Of a stretch of DNA of 64,000 nt, positions 1 to 11,343 are shown piece after piece. Origin of the DNA: Podarcis pityusensis (lineage: Eukaryota); assembly GCA_964106645.2 (NCBI GenBank), contig OZ067050.1. One strand, written 5' to 3'. Under the pieces are notes generated by a model. That model was not told where the DNA came from and did not search any database. It saw nothing but the letters and a program-made list of their open reading frames with translations. Each line of letters starts with the position of its first letter. The stretch's first letter is position 1. Position numbers and translations under genes: made by a program.

Positions 1-2771
1 GGGCTGCTGCTGGGCCATCCCCTCCACACCCAGTCCAGGACCCGGGAGATGACCCTATCTTTCTTGGAATGGTGTGCAACTTCTTGTGCCTGAATGGGGC
101 GGTCGGGAAGCAGCTCCAGGCTCATAACCTCTTGTGCAGGTGCTGGGTCAGGGCCTGTTTCCGGTAGTGGTAGCCTGCTGAGGGCGTCCGCATGGCCCAT
201 CGCCTTCCCAGGTCGGTGAATCAGTGCATACTGGTAGCTGGCAAGGAAAATTGACCACCTGAGGACGCGAGGAGACAGCACTTGGGGGGTCTGCTTTTCG
301 GGGGCAAACAAGCCAAGCAACGGCTTGTGGTCAGTCACCACGGTGAAGGGCCGCCCGTACAAGAAATCATGGAATTTTTTTACTCCCTTTACGATTGCCA
401 GACCCTCCTTGTCGATTTGCGAGTAGTTCCGCTCGGTTGTGTTGAGTGTCTGGGAAAAGTACGCCACCGGTACCTCTCTTCCATCCGGGAGTTGGTGCCC
501 CAGGACAGCTCCAATGCCATAGGGTGAGGCGTCGCATGCTAGCACCACCGGCAGCCTCTCGTCGAAGTGTGCCAAGACCGAGTTTGAGACAAGCAAGTCC
601 TTGACTGCCTGGAATGCGGCCTCCTGGCGCTGGCCCCACACCCAAGGGGCCCGCTTGTCCAGGAGTCTGTGTAGGGGCTCCGCTACCGCCGCCTTGTGGG
701 GAAGGAAGGAATGGTAAAAGTTCAATAGTCCCAAGAAGGCCTGAAGTTCAGTCTTGCTCTTGGGCGCTGGGGCATCACAAATGGCCCGTACCTTGTCCCC
801 AGTCGGGTGGACCCCTTCTGCGTCCACCATAAATCCCAGAAAGTCCACCTGAGGCACTCCTAGTAGACATTTTTCCCGCTTCACCTTGAGACCCGCCGTC
901 TGGAAACGGTGCAGAACGGTGCGGAGGCGGTCCTCAAACTCCTCTGGTGTGGGGCCGGCAATCAACACATCATCGAAGAAGGGGGTGACGCCAGGAATCC
1001 CTTTAAGGAGAGAGTCCATTATATTCTGGAATATGCCTGGTGCCACGCTGACACCGAATTGCAGCCGCTTTACCCTGAACGCTCCTCTGTGCGTCACAAT
1101 CGTCTGTGCCTCTGCTGTGGCCTCATCTACTGGCAGCTGTTGATATGCTTGGGCCAAGTCCAGCTTGCCAAAAATTTTCGACCCAGCCAGGGTGGCAAGG
1201 ACATGGCTGACCACTGGCACTGGGTATGCGTGGGCCGTGAGGGCCTTGTTTATGGTACATTTGTAGTCTGCGCAGATGCGGACCGAACCATTAGGCTTGA
1301 CGGGTGTGACGATTGGGGTTTCCCAGGGAGCACTAGGCACCGGCTCCAGCACTCCTTGCTCTACGAGTCGGTCCAATTCCTCGTCTATACGGGGTTTCAA
1401 GGCGAACGGGACCCGGCGGGCCTTGAGCCTGACCGGTCGTACTGCGGGGTCAAGCTGTAGCGCAATGGGGGGGCCCGTATACTGTCCCAATTTCCCATCG
1501 AAAACCCCTGGAAATTCCTTGCATATGGCGTCCACGTCCACTTGTAAGCTAGTGTGGTTCACCCCGGTGACAGCTAGCCCCAGTGGTCCAAACCATGCCA
1601 ATCCCAGTAAGCTAATGTAGGGGCCCTTGACCACAAGCAAGTCCAGTTGCCGCGTCCGCCCTCGGTATTGCACCCTGAAGGTCCCCACCCCCATTGTGGG
1701 GACCTTACGTTTCTGGAAGTCCCGGAGGGTGAATGGGGCCGGCCTGAGTTTGGGACCCCCAGTGGGACACAGTTTCCTTAAGGTCCTTGCCGAGATTATG
1801 GATAGAGTTGAACCCGTGTCAAGCTCCATGCGGCATGGGGCCCCCTCTATCTGTACCTCTACATAAATTTTCTCTACGTTGGGGTGGGGCAACTGGTATA
1901 CCTGGAAGTCCGTGAGCTCCGTCGAGTTGCCTTGGTGCGTTGGGCCCCGGGACCTGGGGCTCTTGGATTGGTCATCTGATGCCTGGTGTCGGGTGGGCCG
2001 AGCCCGACACACCCGGGCGATGTGTCCCGATTTTCTGCACTGCCTGCACTCTGCGTTGCGGAAACGGCAGGTCCTCCTCTCGTGACTCTCCCCGCAGCTT
2101 GCGCAGTTCCCTCCTTCTCGTCGAGGCAGCTGTGGTCTGTGCGCTGCTTGAGTGCGCTGCTGTACTCGGTGCACCTCCTCCCTGTCGGATCCTGAGTCGT
2201 CGGTGAGGTCTTCATGGTGGACCCTCGGTTGGGATGGCAGGCTCGGCCGTGCCTCTTGGGTCGACCTCTCGGCAGCTTCTGTTGCCAGGGCCTCCTCCAG
2301 AGCGACCTGGAACGTTAGGTCCTTCTTAGCGTAGAGGCGTCGTTGCAGCTTCTCATCCTTCAGGCCACCGACGAGGCGGTCACGAAGCATGTTCTCCAGC
2401 TCTGAGAAGTTGCAGAACCGGGCGGCTTGGCGGAGAGAGGTCACAAACCCAGTTATGGTTTCCCCAGGGGCTTGCCGCTTTGCGTAGAAGGCATTTCGAC
2501 GAGCCACCACTGAGGGCTGCGGCGAAAAGTGCCCCTTCAGCTGTTCCATTATTGTTTTGTATGGAACAGTAGCGACGTCTTCAGGCGCAAGGAGAGCCCG
2601 GGCGATTTCAAACGTCTCCTCTCCGCAGACGCTGAAGAATATCGCCCTCTTCTTGGCGTCTTCTTCGTCGGTGACCCCTTTGGCTTCTAGGAGGAAGGTG
2701 AAACGGGAGGCGTACGCTTCCCAGTCTCCAGATGCTGGGTTGAATGGCGAGAAGCTGCTGTTGGCTGCCAT
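1..2771 (-). CDS. Ty3/Gypsy (Mag-like) gag-pol polyprotein, single ORF running off the left edge
   Basis: ATG at 2771 (MAANSSFSPFNPASGDWEAYASRF). All checked motifs share one frame: two CCHC knuckles (CASCGESHERRTC, CRQCRKSGHIARVC, ~2105-2010), protease LDTGS (~1820), RT VTPFFDDVLI (~980), RNase H CDASPYGIGAVL (~536), TDHKPL and HADALSRLP (~195). Its absence from the ORF track fits an ORF with no stop inside the window. Confidence 0.95.
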   Translation of the reverse strand, partial: MAANSSFSPFNPASGDWEAYASRFTFLLEAKGVTDEEDAKKRAIFFSVCGEETFEIARALLAPEDVATVPYKTIMEQLKGHFSPQPSVVARRNAFYAKRQAPGETITGFVTSLRQAARFCNFSELENMLRDRLVGGLKDEKLQRRLYAKKDLTFQVALEEALATEAAERSTQEARPSLPSQPRVHHEDLTDDSGSDREEVHRVQQRTQAAHRPQLPRREGGNCASCGESHERRTCRFRNAECRQCRKSGHIARVCRARPTRHQASDDQSKSPRSRGPTHQGNSTELTDFQVYQLPHPNVEKIYVEVQIEGAPCRMELDTGSTLSIISARTLRKLCPTGGPKLRPAPFTLRDFQKRKVPTMGVGTFRVQYRGRTRQLDLLVVKGPYISLLGLAWFGPLGLAVTGVNHTSLQVDVDAICKEFPGVFDGKLGQYTGPPIALQLDPAVRPVRLKARRVPFALKPRIDEELDRLVEQGVLEPVPSAPWETPIVTPVKPNGSVRICADYKCTINKALTAHAYPVPVVSHVLATLAGSKIFGKLDLAQAYQQLPVDEATAEAQTIVTHRGAFRVKRLQFGVSVAPGIFQNIMDSLLKGIPGVTPFFDDVLIAGPTPEEFEDRLRTVLHRFQTAGLKVKREKCLLGVPQVDFLGFMVDAEGVHPTGDKVRAICDAPAPKSKTELQAFLGLLNFYHSFLPHKAAVAEPLHRLLDKRAPWVWGQRQEAAFQAVKDLLVSNSVLAHFDERLPVVLACDASPYGIGAVLGHQLPDGREVPVAYFSQTLNTTERNYSQIDKEGLAIVKGVKKFHDFLYGRPFTVVTDHKPLLGLFAPEKQTPQVLSPRVLRWSIFLASYQYALIHRPGKAMGHADALSRLPLPETGPDPAPAQEVMSLELLPDRPIQAQEVAHHSKKDRVISRVLDWVWRGWPSSS

Positions 2772-2877
2772 TCTGAGTTCCTTGTGCCCCGGAGCTGAAG
2801 CCTGGATACACGGTGCGAGGCAGCGGTGCGGCAGTTGGCGGTGCTGCGGTGCTGTGTGTGGCAGTCAGCTCAGCGGG

Positions 2878-2895
2878 ATCCCACCTTCGTCGCCA
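2878..2895 (-). other. Primer-binding site complementary to the tRNA-Ser(GCU) 3' end
   Basis: Minus strand TGGCGACGAAGGTGGGAT, 1 nt after the LTR; plus strand ATCCCACCTTCGTCGCCA resembles the 3' end of vertebrate tRNA-Ser(GCU) plus CCA. Confidence 0.85.
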
Positions 2896-2896
2896 G

Positions 2897-3266
2897 TGAA
2901 ATATACTCAGAGTCGCAAAGTGATTTCATGCTCTTTATTCAGCTCATAGTGGTGAGGAGGAATGAATAAATGTCCCCTCACAGTATCTGCTTTATATACA
3001 TTATTTACACAATGGGCTGCACATGATTGGCTAATTCTGGAATTCTACTGTAAGCCAATCAGGTTGTGGATTCACTTCTATCTGGAGCAGGATTGGGTGG
3101 TTCCTGCCAACCAATCATACTGCTGCATTGTTCTAGGACCAATCAGACTGCTGCATTCTGAATCCTATTGTTCTAGGACCAATCAGACTGCTGCCTTTTG
3201 GATCCTATTGTTCTAGGACCAATCAGACTGCTACAGTTTGGATCCTATTCAACTCAGTACATAACA
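2897..3266 (-). mobile_element. 5' LTR of the Gypsy element (370 bp)
   Basis: TG...CA ends with imperfect terminal inverted repeat (TGTTATGTACT / TGAAATATACT); TATATAAA near 2998-2991 and AATAAA at 2939-2934 on the minus strand; adjacent PBS. Confidence 0.9.
3127..3246. repeat. Three 40-bp tandem repeats in the LTR U3, each with CCAATC
   Basis: ATTGTTCTAGGACCAATCAGACTGCT starts at 3127, 3167 and 3207. Confidence 0.95.
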
Positions 3267-3465
3267 GTACTTAACCTGAAACTGTTCTTAACCTGAAGCA
3301 CCACTTTAGCTAAGGTGGCCTCCTGCTGCCGCCGCACCACCGGAGCACGATTTCTGTTCTCATGCTGAAGCAAAGTTTTTAACCTGAAGCACTATTTCTG
3401 GGTTAGCGGAGTCTGTAACCTGAAGCATATGCAACCTGAAGTGTATGTAACCTGAGGTACCACTG
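3267..3465. mobile_element. Tc1/mariner-type MITE, truncated by the Gypsy insertion
   Basis: Same family as 32514-32732, 52805-53030 and 57445-57669; ends in GAGGTACCACTG followed by TA; the first ~40 bp including the left TIR are missing. Confidence 0.9.
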
Positions 3466-4029
3466 TATAGCACCCAAGATCAGTCAGGTTCATTTAGGAC
3501 CTGAGGCAGAAGAAACATATTACATATTGAGAAAGTGGAGCTGGTTGTGAGGGGGAAATGGATTGCAAAAGATTTTAACAGAGTATTGCTGCTTTGGTTG
3601 AATAGTCATTGTGTTTATCCACTATACATTTGAGGTTTGCAAAGGAAACCAAGACTTTATCTTTTACATTTCCTGACATTTCAGATCTACTGGTTTACTT
3701 CTTTTTTTATTTAAACCCATGTTAACTAAGAATAATAGTTTATGCATATGGTGACATGAATGGCAACTTTTCCAATGATCTCACAATATCTTTTTGCGTT
3801 GCTATAAATGCCTACAGACCTGCCCCTCCAATTTAAATACCAACATCATTGATTTATTAATCACCTTCTAAAGAAGCATCTCAAGGCAAGCCACACAGAA
3901 GATAATTAAAAGAGTTAAAAACTCAAAATACAGCAAAAAAATAAAATAAAGCAAGTCTAAAACCGTAACAAAGTAGACACATGTGGCAAAGATCCATTTA
4001 TCCAACTAAATGTGGGTTAGCTTTCTCAT

Positions 4030-4089
4030 GAGTTGCACTAGATGATCCTCAAGGTGCCTTCCAACTCTACAATTATATGATTCTATGAA
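4030..4089 (+). mobile_element. CR1 LINE 3' tail fragment
   Basis: GATGATCCTCAAGGTGCCTTCCAACTCTACAATTATATGATTCTATGA, typical CR1 hairpin plus ATTCTATG tail. Confidence 0.7.
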
Positions 4090-5356
4090 CTACCCACCCC
4101 CAGCCAGCCAATGCCAGGCTGGTCTCATGAGGAAGCTAGCTGGTATTTTTCCCAGCCCTTGCTAAACTCATGAATTTGTGAGTTTGCTCAAATCCTAACA
4201 CGTCACTAAATGTAAAGATTATGCGTGGCCTGCCCCCCACCCCAAATTCATATTGGTATATATCCCTCCCCTGATAATAATAAGATACATGAGTATGCAA
4301 GGCAAATGTTGCCATTTCCTGGGAATGTCCAGATTCTTAATCCTTTGGTTGGGACCTAAATTCCTGAAGTCAATCAATTGTTTCTCTTAATTCCTAGCAG
4401 AGTAGCAAATGACTAATTAGCTGTATGCCCAATCTGTCAATTTTGCTGGCTTTCTATTCTCACCAGGGCCTGCAAAGAGGCAATCTTTGCCTTGTACGGC
4501 CAAGGTTTCCTGTGTGGGTACCACTGAGGCCCCTGCTGGGTACCGCGGAAGCTGGTGTTGGCATCCCTGTCCCATTGCAGAGGAGATAGCGACATTCTTC
4601 CCAGTGACGTCTCCAGGAGCTGTGAGAAGGAATGAAACGGCCAAGGGGCAGCACAGAGCAAAGAGGGTGGAGGGGAAAGAGGTATAAATAGATGTGTTGG
4701 GCTGTAAATAGTCCCCCTCTGTGGCCATGCTGAGTGAAGGCCTGATGACAGAAGGACGTTCAGCAACACTCCAGACGTAGGCCCAAGCAGCTGTTGCTTG
4801 GGGGCTACCCTTGGGGATAGCAGAGGGCAGGGCATTCATAGCTTCCAGTTGTACCTATTTGATTGGAATGGCATTTGCTTTCTCACTGTATGTACCAGCT
4901 GCTGCTTTGTACTCAGTTCATGTGTACTGCTGGAACATAGCCACTAAATGCTTTAATTATGACTGATAGAATTTGCCTTGAGTGTGGCCTGTGCAATGGA
5001 GTCTGCAGAAGACCCTGTGTGCTGACAGTATTCTTCCCTGAGAACAGTGCTGTTGCTGACATATTACTGGCTCAAGAGAGGTGTTTTGTCCTAGGGGAGA
5101 GGAAGCACTTGATAGCTGCTTAGTAACTACCCAATACACTCCTCAACAGGACTTCGTTTCTAAAATAAGAGGGGTTAGGGCAGGAATTGCAATCATGGTA
5201 CCCTCCAGATGTGGAATCGAGTCCTTGACCATTGGCTACACTGACTGGGTTGATAGCTTTGATAGTACAAAACATCTGGAGGGCACCACACCTGGAGGGC
5301 TACCCTTATGTTAGGAGTGGGGGAGAAATTTGATTCACATTTTAAGGCAAATTCAA

Positions 5357-5678
5357 GGTCTAAACCACAGAGCCTAGGGCTTGCCAGTCAGAGGGTCAGC
5401 AGTTCAAATCCCTGTGACAGGGTGAGCTCCCATTGCTCAGTCGCTGCTCCTGCAAACCTAGCAGTTCGAAAGCACGCAAAGTGCAAGTAGATAAATAGGT
5501 ACCGCTTCGGCGGGAAGGTATAAATGGTGTTTCCGTGTGCTGCTCTGGTTCACCATGCTGGCCACATGACCCGGAAGCTGTACGCCATTTCCCTCGGCCA
5601 GTAAAGTGAGATGGGTGCCGCAACCCCAGAGTCATCCACAACTGGACCTAATGGTCAGGGGTCCCTTTACCTTTACCT
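5357..5678 (+). mobile_element. Sauria SINE (slightly 5'-truncated), nested in an older AT-rich repeat (~5310-6055)
   Basis: AAACCACAGAGCCTAGGGCTTGCC head, GTGCAAGTAGATAAATAGGTACCGCT core, GGGGTCCCTTTACCTTTACCT tail; near-identical to 13544-13790. Confidence 0.9.
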
Positions 5679-6860
5679 AATTTGCACTTTGTGAAACAAC
5701 ACAGGAACAGGGACATTGCTGCTCTTAGAAATTCTCTGTATTTTGCAGTTCAACTCTCCAGCCAACTGATGTGTACAAAAATGCATAGACTAGGGGAAAG
5801 TGTACATAAAAATGCATATATTAGTGAAAATAACATAGAAAAATGCATTATATTAGGGAATATCACCTTGCAATAATGTATACAAAGCTGCATGCAAGTG
5901 TGTGTATGTATATTAGAAGAAATTCACACTAAAATGCTATGAATTTTCATAAGGACTTAAAACAACAACCATGAACTAATTTGGAAATGTGAGTCACTGA
6001 AATTAAGTTTGGAAGAATGAGAAACGGTGAGATTGGCAGATTCAGCCGTTCCTAGTTAGGGCTTAGGTTTTCCTGGAAAAAACACCTGCAATTATTAATA
6101 TGCTTAATAAGGACCATCAGTGTACATAGTGCTTTACAGAAAATACATAGGCAAAAATTAACATTTTAAGCCCCCAAGGAGCTGAAAATATAAAATAATA
6201 ATGAAAATCTATTTTTAAAATAATATGCTCTATTCTAGAACTCTTTCCATTACTTCCACATATAGAGGAAGATTACTGTAAATCATTACTTTGGATTTTT
6301 TCATATGCAGGACCCCTTTGGGAGCTGCACTTAGGACACCAAACCTATCCGCTGCACATGTCCTTGGAGTGTGCAGTGCCATGGACTTCATGCCACAACA
6401 TGCCCCTCTGGTCCCCTCAAGGCTGGGACAGGTGGCGGGATTAGTTGCTAATGAGCGCTTACATAATGGGGTCAGGTGCGAGGCCCCCGTGGAGCCACCA
6501 GCTCATTGAACAGCAGCTCTGTCCTTATCAGGGTCTCTCGTGGCACCTGGGCTGCCACTCCCAACCCATGACGGAATGAATTAGCACCTCTCTTCTCCCT
6601 CCCATCCCTGGGCAGCAGCTGCACCTGACACGCCTCTCATTCTATAATCACTGTGCTAAATATAATGCAGCTGACAGAGTCCTCAGTAGAGGGTCAATGG
6701 GATGTGTTCAAAGCCAACATGGCACCCCACCCCACCGTTCCTTTTGCATTCCCAGCACAGATGAGACATTTAAGTCAGTTAGAGCTAGAACCTGACGGAA
6801 AATCTGTAAGGCAATCTTGATATCAATGTTGACCCACTGGGGAGCAGGGGCAGGGTTGGA

Positions 6861-6861
<1 letters not shown>

Positions 6862-6911
<50 letters not shown>

Positions 6912-7145
6912 CTATACCCCACCCATCTGGCTGGGTTTCTCCAGCCACTCTGGGTGGCTCCCACCAGCAACAACAACAACAAAAAGCAATAAAACATCAA
7001 ACATTAAAAACTTCCCTAAAAATTTCCCTAAACAGGGCTGCCTTCAGGTGTCTTCTAAAAGTCAGATAGTTGTTTATTTCCTTGACATCTAATGGGAGGG
7101 CTTTCCACAGGGCGGGCGCCACTACCAAGAAGGCCCTCTGCCTGG
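6862..7145 (-). mobile_element. (AAT)n microsatellite joined to a LINE (L2-like) 3' fragment
   Basis: About 16 AAT units, then ATACCCCACCCATCTGGCTGGG...CCAGCCACTCTGGG; related pieces near 25760-25800 and 50715-50760. Confidence 0.6.
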
Positions 7146-8207
7146 CAATACCTTAACCAACCAGAATATCGAAACCTTCCCAAAGTCTAGTTAGCACTTT
7201 CTCAGCTTTAGGAAGGAGATGCTAGGGTTCTAGGACCCTGCGGAAGCCTCACACCTCCTTCCCAAAGCCTGGTACCTCGCATAGCATAGCCAGCTTTGGG
7301 GAGGCAGAACAAGGGCTGGGTATGTGCCTTGCTTCCCTCCCCCTCCCCACTCACAGGCCCACAACAAAGCAGTGTGTGGCCCATAGGTTCCTTGTTGAAG
7401 TACTTTTGTGGCCCACCTGGTGTCAAAAGTTGGGCCACCCTGATCGAGATCCTGCCTGGTTTTTTGTCACTACTTGAAAGGACTTAGTAGCAAAGTGCAA
7501 CCTTGGAGTTGTAACAGTAGCCTACTCTGATGTCACCTATGCTATTGTGATGCCATTAGCATTGTTGCCTACATTGTGATGTCATCCCTCTGATGTTCAT
7601 ATCCTGTTACCATGGTTAGAGCAAAAATCATATGGCTTGTCTAGTCTCCAAGAGCAAACTTCATTTTGAACTCCGATTGCTACCTCTCAGCTAGGGAGCC
7701 TGAGGGTCATCGAGTCCCAACACCTTGCAATGCAAGAATCTCAACTTTTGTGGGCATTCAAGCAAGTATTTGTGTACCAGTCGGGGGGGGGGGGATTTAT
7801 ATGTTTTATAAATGAGATGCAAGTTTTCCAATATACCAGACTTTCACAAAATAGCTAGAAAACAAAAATTAAACAAGTGTGTGTGACATGCCCAGACCTA
7901 CCAGCAACCCACGGAGAAGCAACTGTCCAACAGAAGTAGGGGGTGTAGTTTTTTACACCACACATGTAAAAAACAAAACCCTGCCCGCACAATGCTTCAG
8001 TATGTCCACAGTTGGGTAATGTGACCCTATCCGCAGATCAGGATACACTTGGATAAGAACACTGTGTGAATGACATTGAAAAAATGGAATACATAGAATA
8101 CACAGATGGAATACATTGACACCAACACCTTTAAAGCCTTGGAGAATGAATAAACTGTCTTGCTATCGGACTTTGCTGTGAAGCAACTACTGTGGGCAGT
8201 AGATTCA

Positions 8208-8405
8208 GAGCTTATCCAGACTTGCACTTGTCCCACCACTTCCCCCCAGGAAAGTCCAATCTTTACCGCTGAGTTGGAGCAAACGCCAATTTGCTCTGCT
8301 TTTGTACTAAAGAGCGGGTTTTCTGGGGGGAAGTTTGGAGCAAAGGCAAAAGTGCATTGGCCCATGCTGTCTAGCCTTAGGACAAGTGGAAGTGTGGACA
8401 AGCCC
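8208..8405. mobile_element. MITE with ~27-bp terminal inverted repeats (PIF/Harbinger-like GGGC ends)
   Basis: GAGCTTATCCAGACTTGCACTTGTCC versus GGACAAGTGGAAGTGTGGACAAGCCC. Confidence 0.6.
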
Positions 8406-8754
8406 ACTGAGAGGGCACCATTTTTTTGCCTACAATTGGCATCTATGCATCACAAAAAGACAATGGTGCAAAAATGGTCTCAGACTACTGAGAAGGCTGG
8501 AACTAGGAAAAGACAGTTTTCCTCCAACTCATAGGGACTAAGATTCTACAGCTAATTTGCATAAGTAATGCTTATTGGAGCAAGTGGCAGAAGCAACACC
8601 TCCAAGAAGATACCACCCTCCTTTGCTGGAACAGACAAAATGTCTAGCAGACCTTCAACAGCAGTGAGCTAAATGTCACCTGGAAAAGTCTCCAGCTTCT
8701 AGAAATTGGTAATATATTGCCTCTGAATGAAGGAAGCTTATTTTAATCTGTTAC

Positions 8755-9182
8755 AATCATAGAAGCATAGAACTGTAAATTTTGAAGGGACGCCAAGGGT
8801 AATCTAGTTCAACCCCCTGAAATGCAGAAATCTCAACTAAAGTATCCACGACGACCAATGGCCAGCCAATCTCTGCTTAAAAACCTCCAATGAAGCTGAG
8901 TCCATCAGCTCCCAAGGGAGCCTGTTTCACTGTTGAAGACCTGATGTTTAGTTGGAATCGCCTTTCTTGTAACTTGAAGCCCTTGGTTTGAGTCCTACCC
9001 TCCAGAGCAGGAGAAAACAAGCTTGTTCCATCTTCCATGTGACAGCCCTTTAGATATTTGAAGATGGCTATCATATCTCTTCTAAGTCTCCTCGGTTCCA
9101 GGCTAAACATACCCAGCTCCTTCAACTGTTCCTCATAAGGCTTGGCTTCCAGACCCTTGATCATCTTGGTCACCCTTCTCTG
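8755..9182 (-). mobile_element. CR1 LINE 3' fragment (ORF2 C-terminus and 3' UTR)
   Basis: TKMIKGLEAKPYEEQLKELGMFSLEPRRLRRDMIAIFKYLKG is the typical CR1 ORF2 end; TTCTATG tail. Confidence 0.9.
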
Positions 9183-10374
9183 TTAAAATTTAAATTCTTA
9201 ATATTTTCTCCATTAAAATGCATGGGACTTTATTAAGTAGCATTGGGGGGAGGGGAGAGATTAGGTCCCTGACCCAGAGGCCTTATGAACACTGTGGCGT
9301 GTGGCAAGTGTGAAATTTTGTTTATTTATGATAACGATACCATTTATCATCCTTACTGACATCACCAGCAAAACTCCTAATTCTAATGTATTGGATACAT
9401 CTTTTTATTTTATTTTTACCAAAGTAAGCATAATGATTATAATTTAATTGTTTATTATTGCAGAGTTTTGTCCAACAGATTCAGACATTAGTGAAGGTGT
9501 CAGCTTCTCTCCTAAAATCATCCCTCTAAGTGACTTCTTACACTATTGTAGTAGTTTTATTAGGAGTAGGTTTAACTGATCAAATTGACTGGGGGAAGAG
9601 GATTTTCAACTATGGAAGGGATTTCAATTATGGTTCTTGGGTTGTGTCTGTATGACATTGTGATGACATCTCGTGGTCATTTCAGGAATTTACTTCTGAG
9701 ACAGTGGATATACAGTATTACCAAAAAGAATACACCTAGTGCTTGGCTCCTGCCCTTTCCAGCCTTCTCTACTCGTTCCTCCCATTTTGCACAGGAATGA
9801 TCACACAAAATTCAACAGTTTATTACATAGAAAGGTTCAATGACCAGCCTACACAAACAAATGAATGGAGTATTCATGAAGGCTTATGCTAAAATCCAAA
9901 ATATTTTAGAAGATAATACTGATCAGGCCACCACACATCAATGTAAGCAATTATACAAACACTTATTTGAACATTTTTCTTAGCGCAATCTAGTACCCAG
10001 TGAATCTAGTACCCAATCATAATCGGTTCTGCATTTTTACCTTTGAAATTGCTATATCATGTTCATTTTCCAAAAAATCTACAAATTCGTTTGACTTCTG
10101 GATTTCAGACCATGCAGCCTCCTGTGAACTGTGCAATGTTTCCCAATTTTACCATTCTCAGCACATTTTTCTAGTTAACTGCTTATGAATAGATCAACCA
10201 AAACCCCATAACCATTGGGGTGGAGGTCTCCTATAGTACCTTTTTGTAGCATGTGCGACCTCTGCTTATGGCATATTTAATGGGATTTCATGGGAGGTGG
10301 GCTCACCTCATAGCAGAAGTTTTACTTTAGTTGGCTTGAGAGGCAACTTCCTTTCCTTATAGAAAGTCCTATTT

Positions 10375-10778
10375 TCATTTTAAGGGCAGCTGGTTATGCA
10401 TTTGGCCTTCATCCTGCGTATTTTGAGCTGAGGAGGACTGGGCAGCTGCTGGCTGCAGTAAGGTAGGCAGCACCCCCACAAGATGGTTCACAGAAGCTGC
10501 CAGCTCAGCCAGACTGCGGGCAAGAGCCTCTAGTTGAGAGCCCTGATGTTGAATGGTAGTAGAGAGGGAGCCTAGTTCCCCACGGAGACCTGTCATTGCA
10601 TGGACCAAGTTTTCCAGGCCAGGTGGTGAACAGCAACAGCCTTGATCCTTTCCCCTTGAGTCCTGCCTAAAAGGGAAGTCCGAGGGTGACTCGCTAACTG
10701 TAGCACTGTGGGTGACAGATTCAGGCAAAGTGGTGTTTGGACCTGGTGCTTCAATCAAGCCTGGTGCGGAGGTGGTAC
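10375..10778 (-). CDS. SSC5D: SSC5D-like last coding exon (coiled-coil-like C-terminus, stop TGA)
   Basis: Acceptor ...CATAG|GTACC, phase 1; LENLVHAMTGLRGELGSLSTTIQHQGSQLEALARSLAELAASV resembles the mammalian SSC5D C-terminus. Confidence 0.8.
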
Positions 10779-11187
10779 CTATGTATTCGGAGAGACAGAA
10801 AATAACCAATGACTGTATTGTGCCTTGACACCATCACCCCAGTAGCCAGTAAGGAGTATCCCCAAGGTGGTGTGTTTGCATGTTATGTGGTCAACTAAAC
10901 TACAAAAACACAATGGCCATAACTTGTGACTATGATCAATAAGCATAGCCAAAGGTATATAAAAGGAGGAAATTCTTCTGTGAAAACTGACTTTGTCCAG
11001 GAGGAAGTGCCATCCCTGACTACTGGACTTAAACATGGCCAGTGAGGTAAGTGAGACCCAATTCTGAACTTTTGACAGCTATAGAATGTGTGGAAATTGT
11101 TAACGATGCTCTGCGGTTTGGGAAGAGGCCTTCAAAGTAAGACCCTTTTCCTAGCCTCAGCAGTGAAGCTTTGTCTCTGATACTTAC

Positions 11188-11343
11188 CAGCTCCTCTTTC
11201 TGTGTTTCCTGAGCTCACCATACTATCCTCAAGCAGCCCATCCATAGAAACTGTATGTGACACTGTACTTTGGAGCAGAACAGTCGTATCGTGAACATCT
11301 GTTTCAGCCAAAGTGGTCAAGACAATGGGAGCAATGGTAGGCT
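11188..11343 (-). CDS. SSC5D: SSC5D-like exon 9 (Ser/Thr-rich, 156 nt)
   Basis: CCAG|AGCCT acceptor, CTG|GTAAGT donor, phase 1-1, open frame. Confidence 0.7.

Noticed and set aside
282-2949. Many plus-strand ORFs (e.g. 909-1460, 183 aa)
   Set aside because: Antisense shadows of the GC-rich Gypsy gag-pol.
3127-3246. CRISPR-like array
   Set aside because: Contiguous tandem units without unique spacers, inside a eukaryotic LTR.
6785-7092. Poly-Leu and poly-Ile ORFs that look like signal or membrane peptides
   Set aside because: Translation of the (AAT)n microsatellite and LINE tail.
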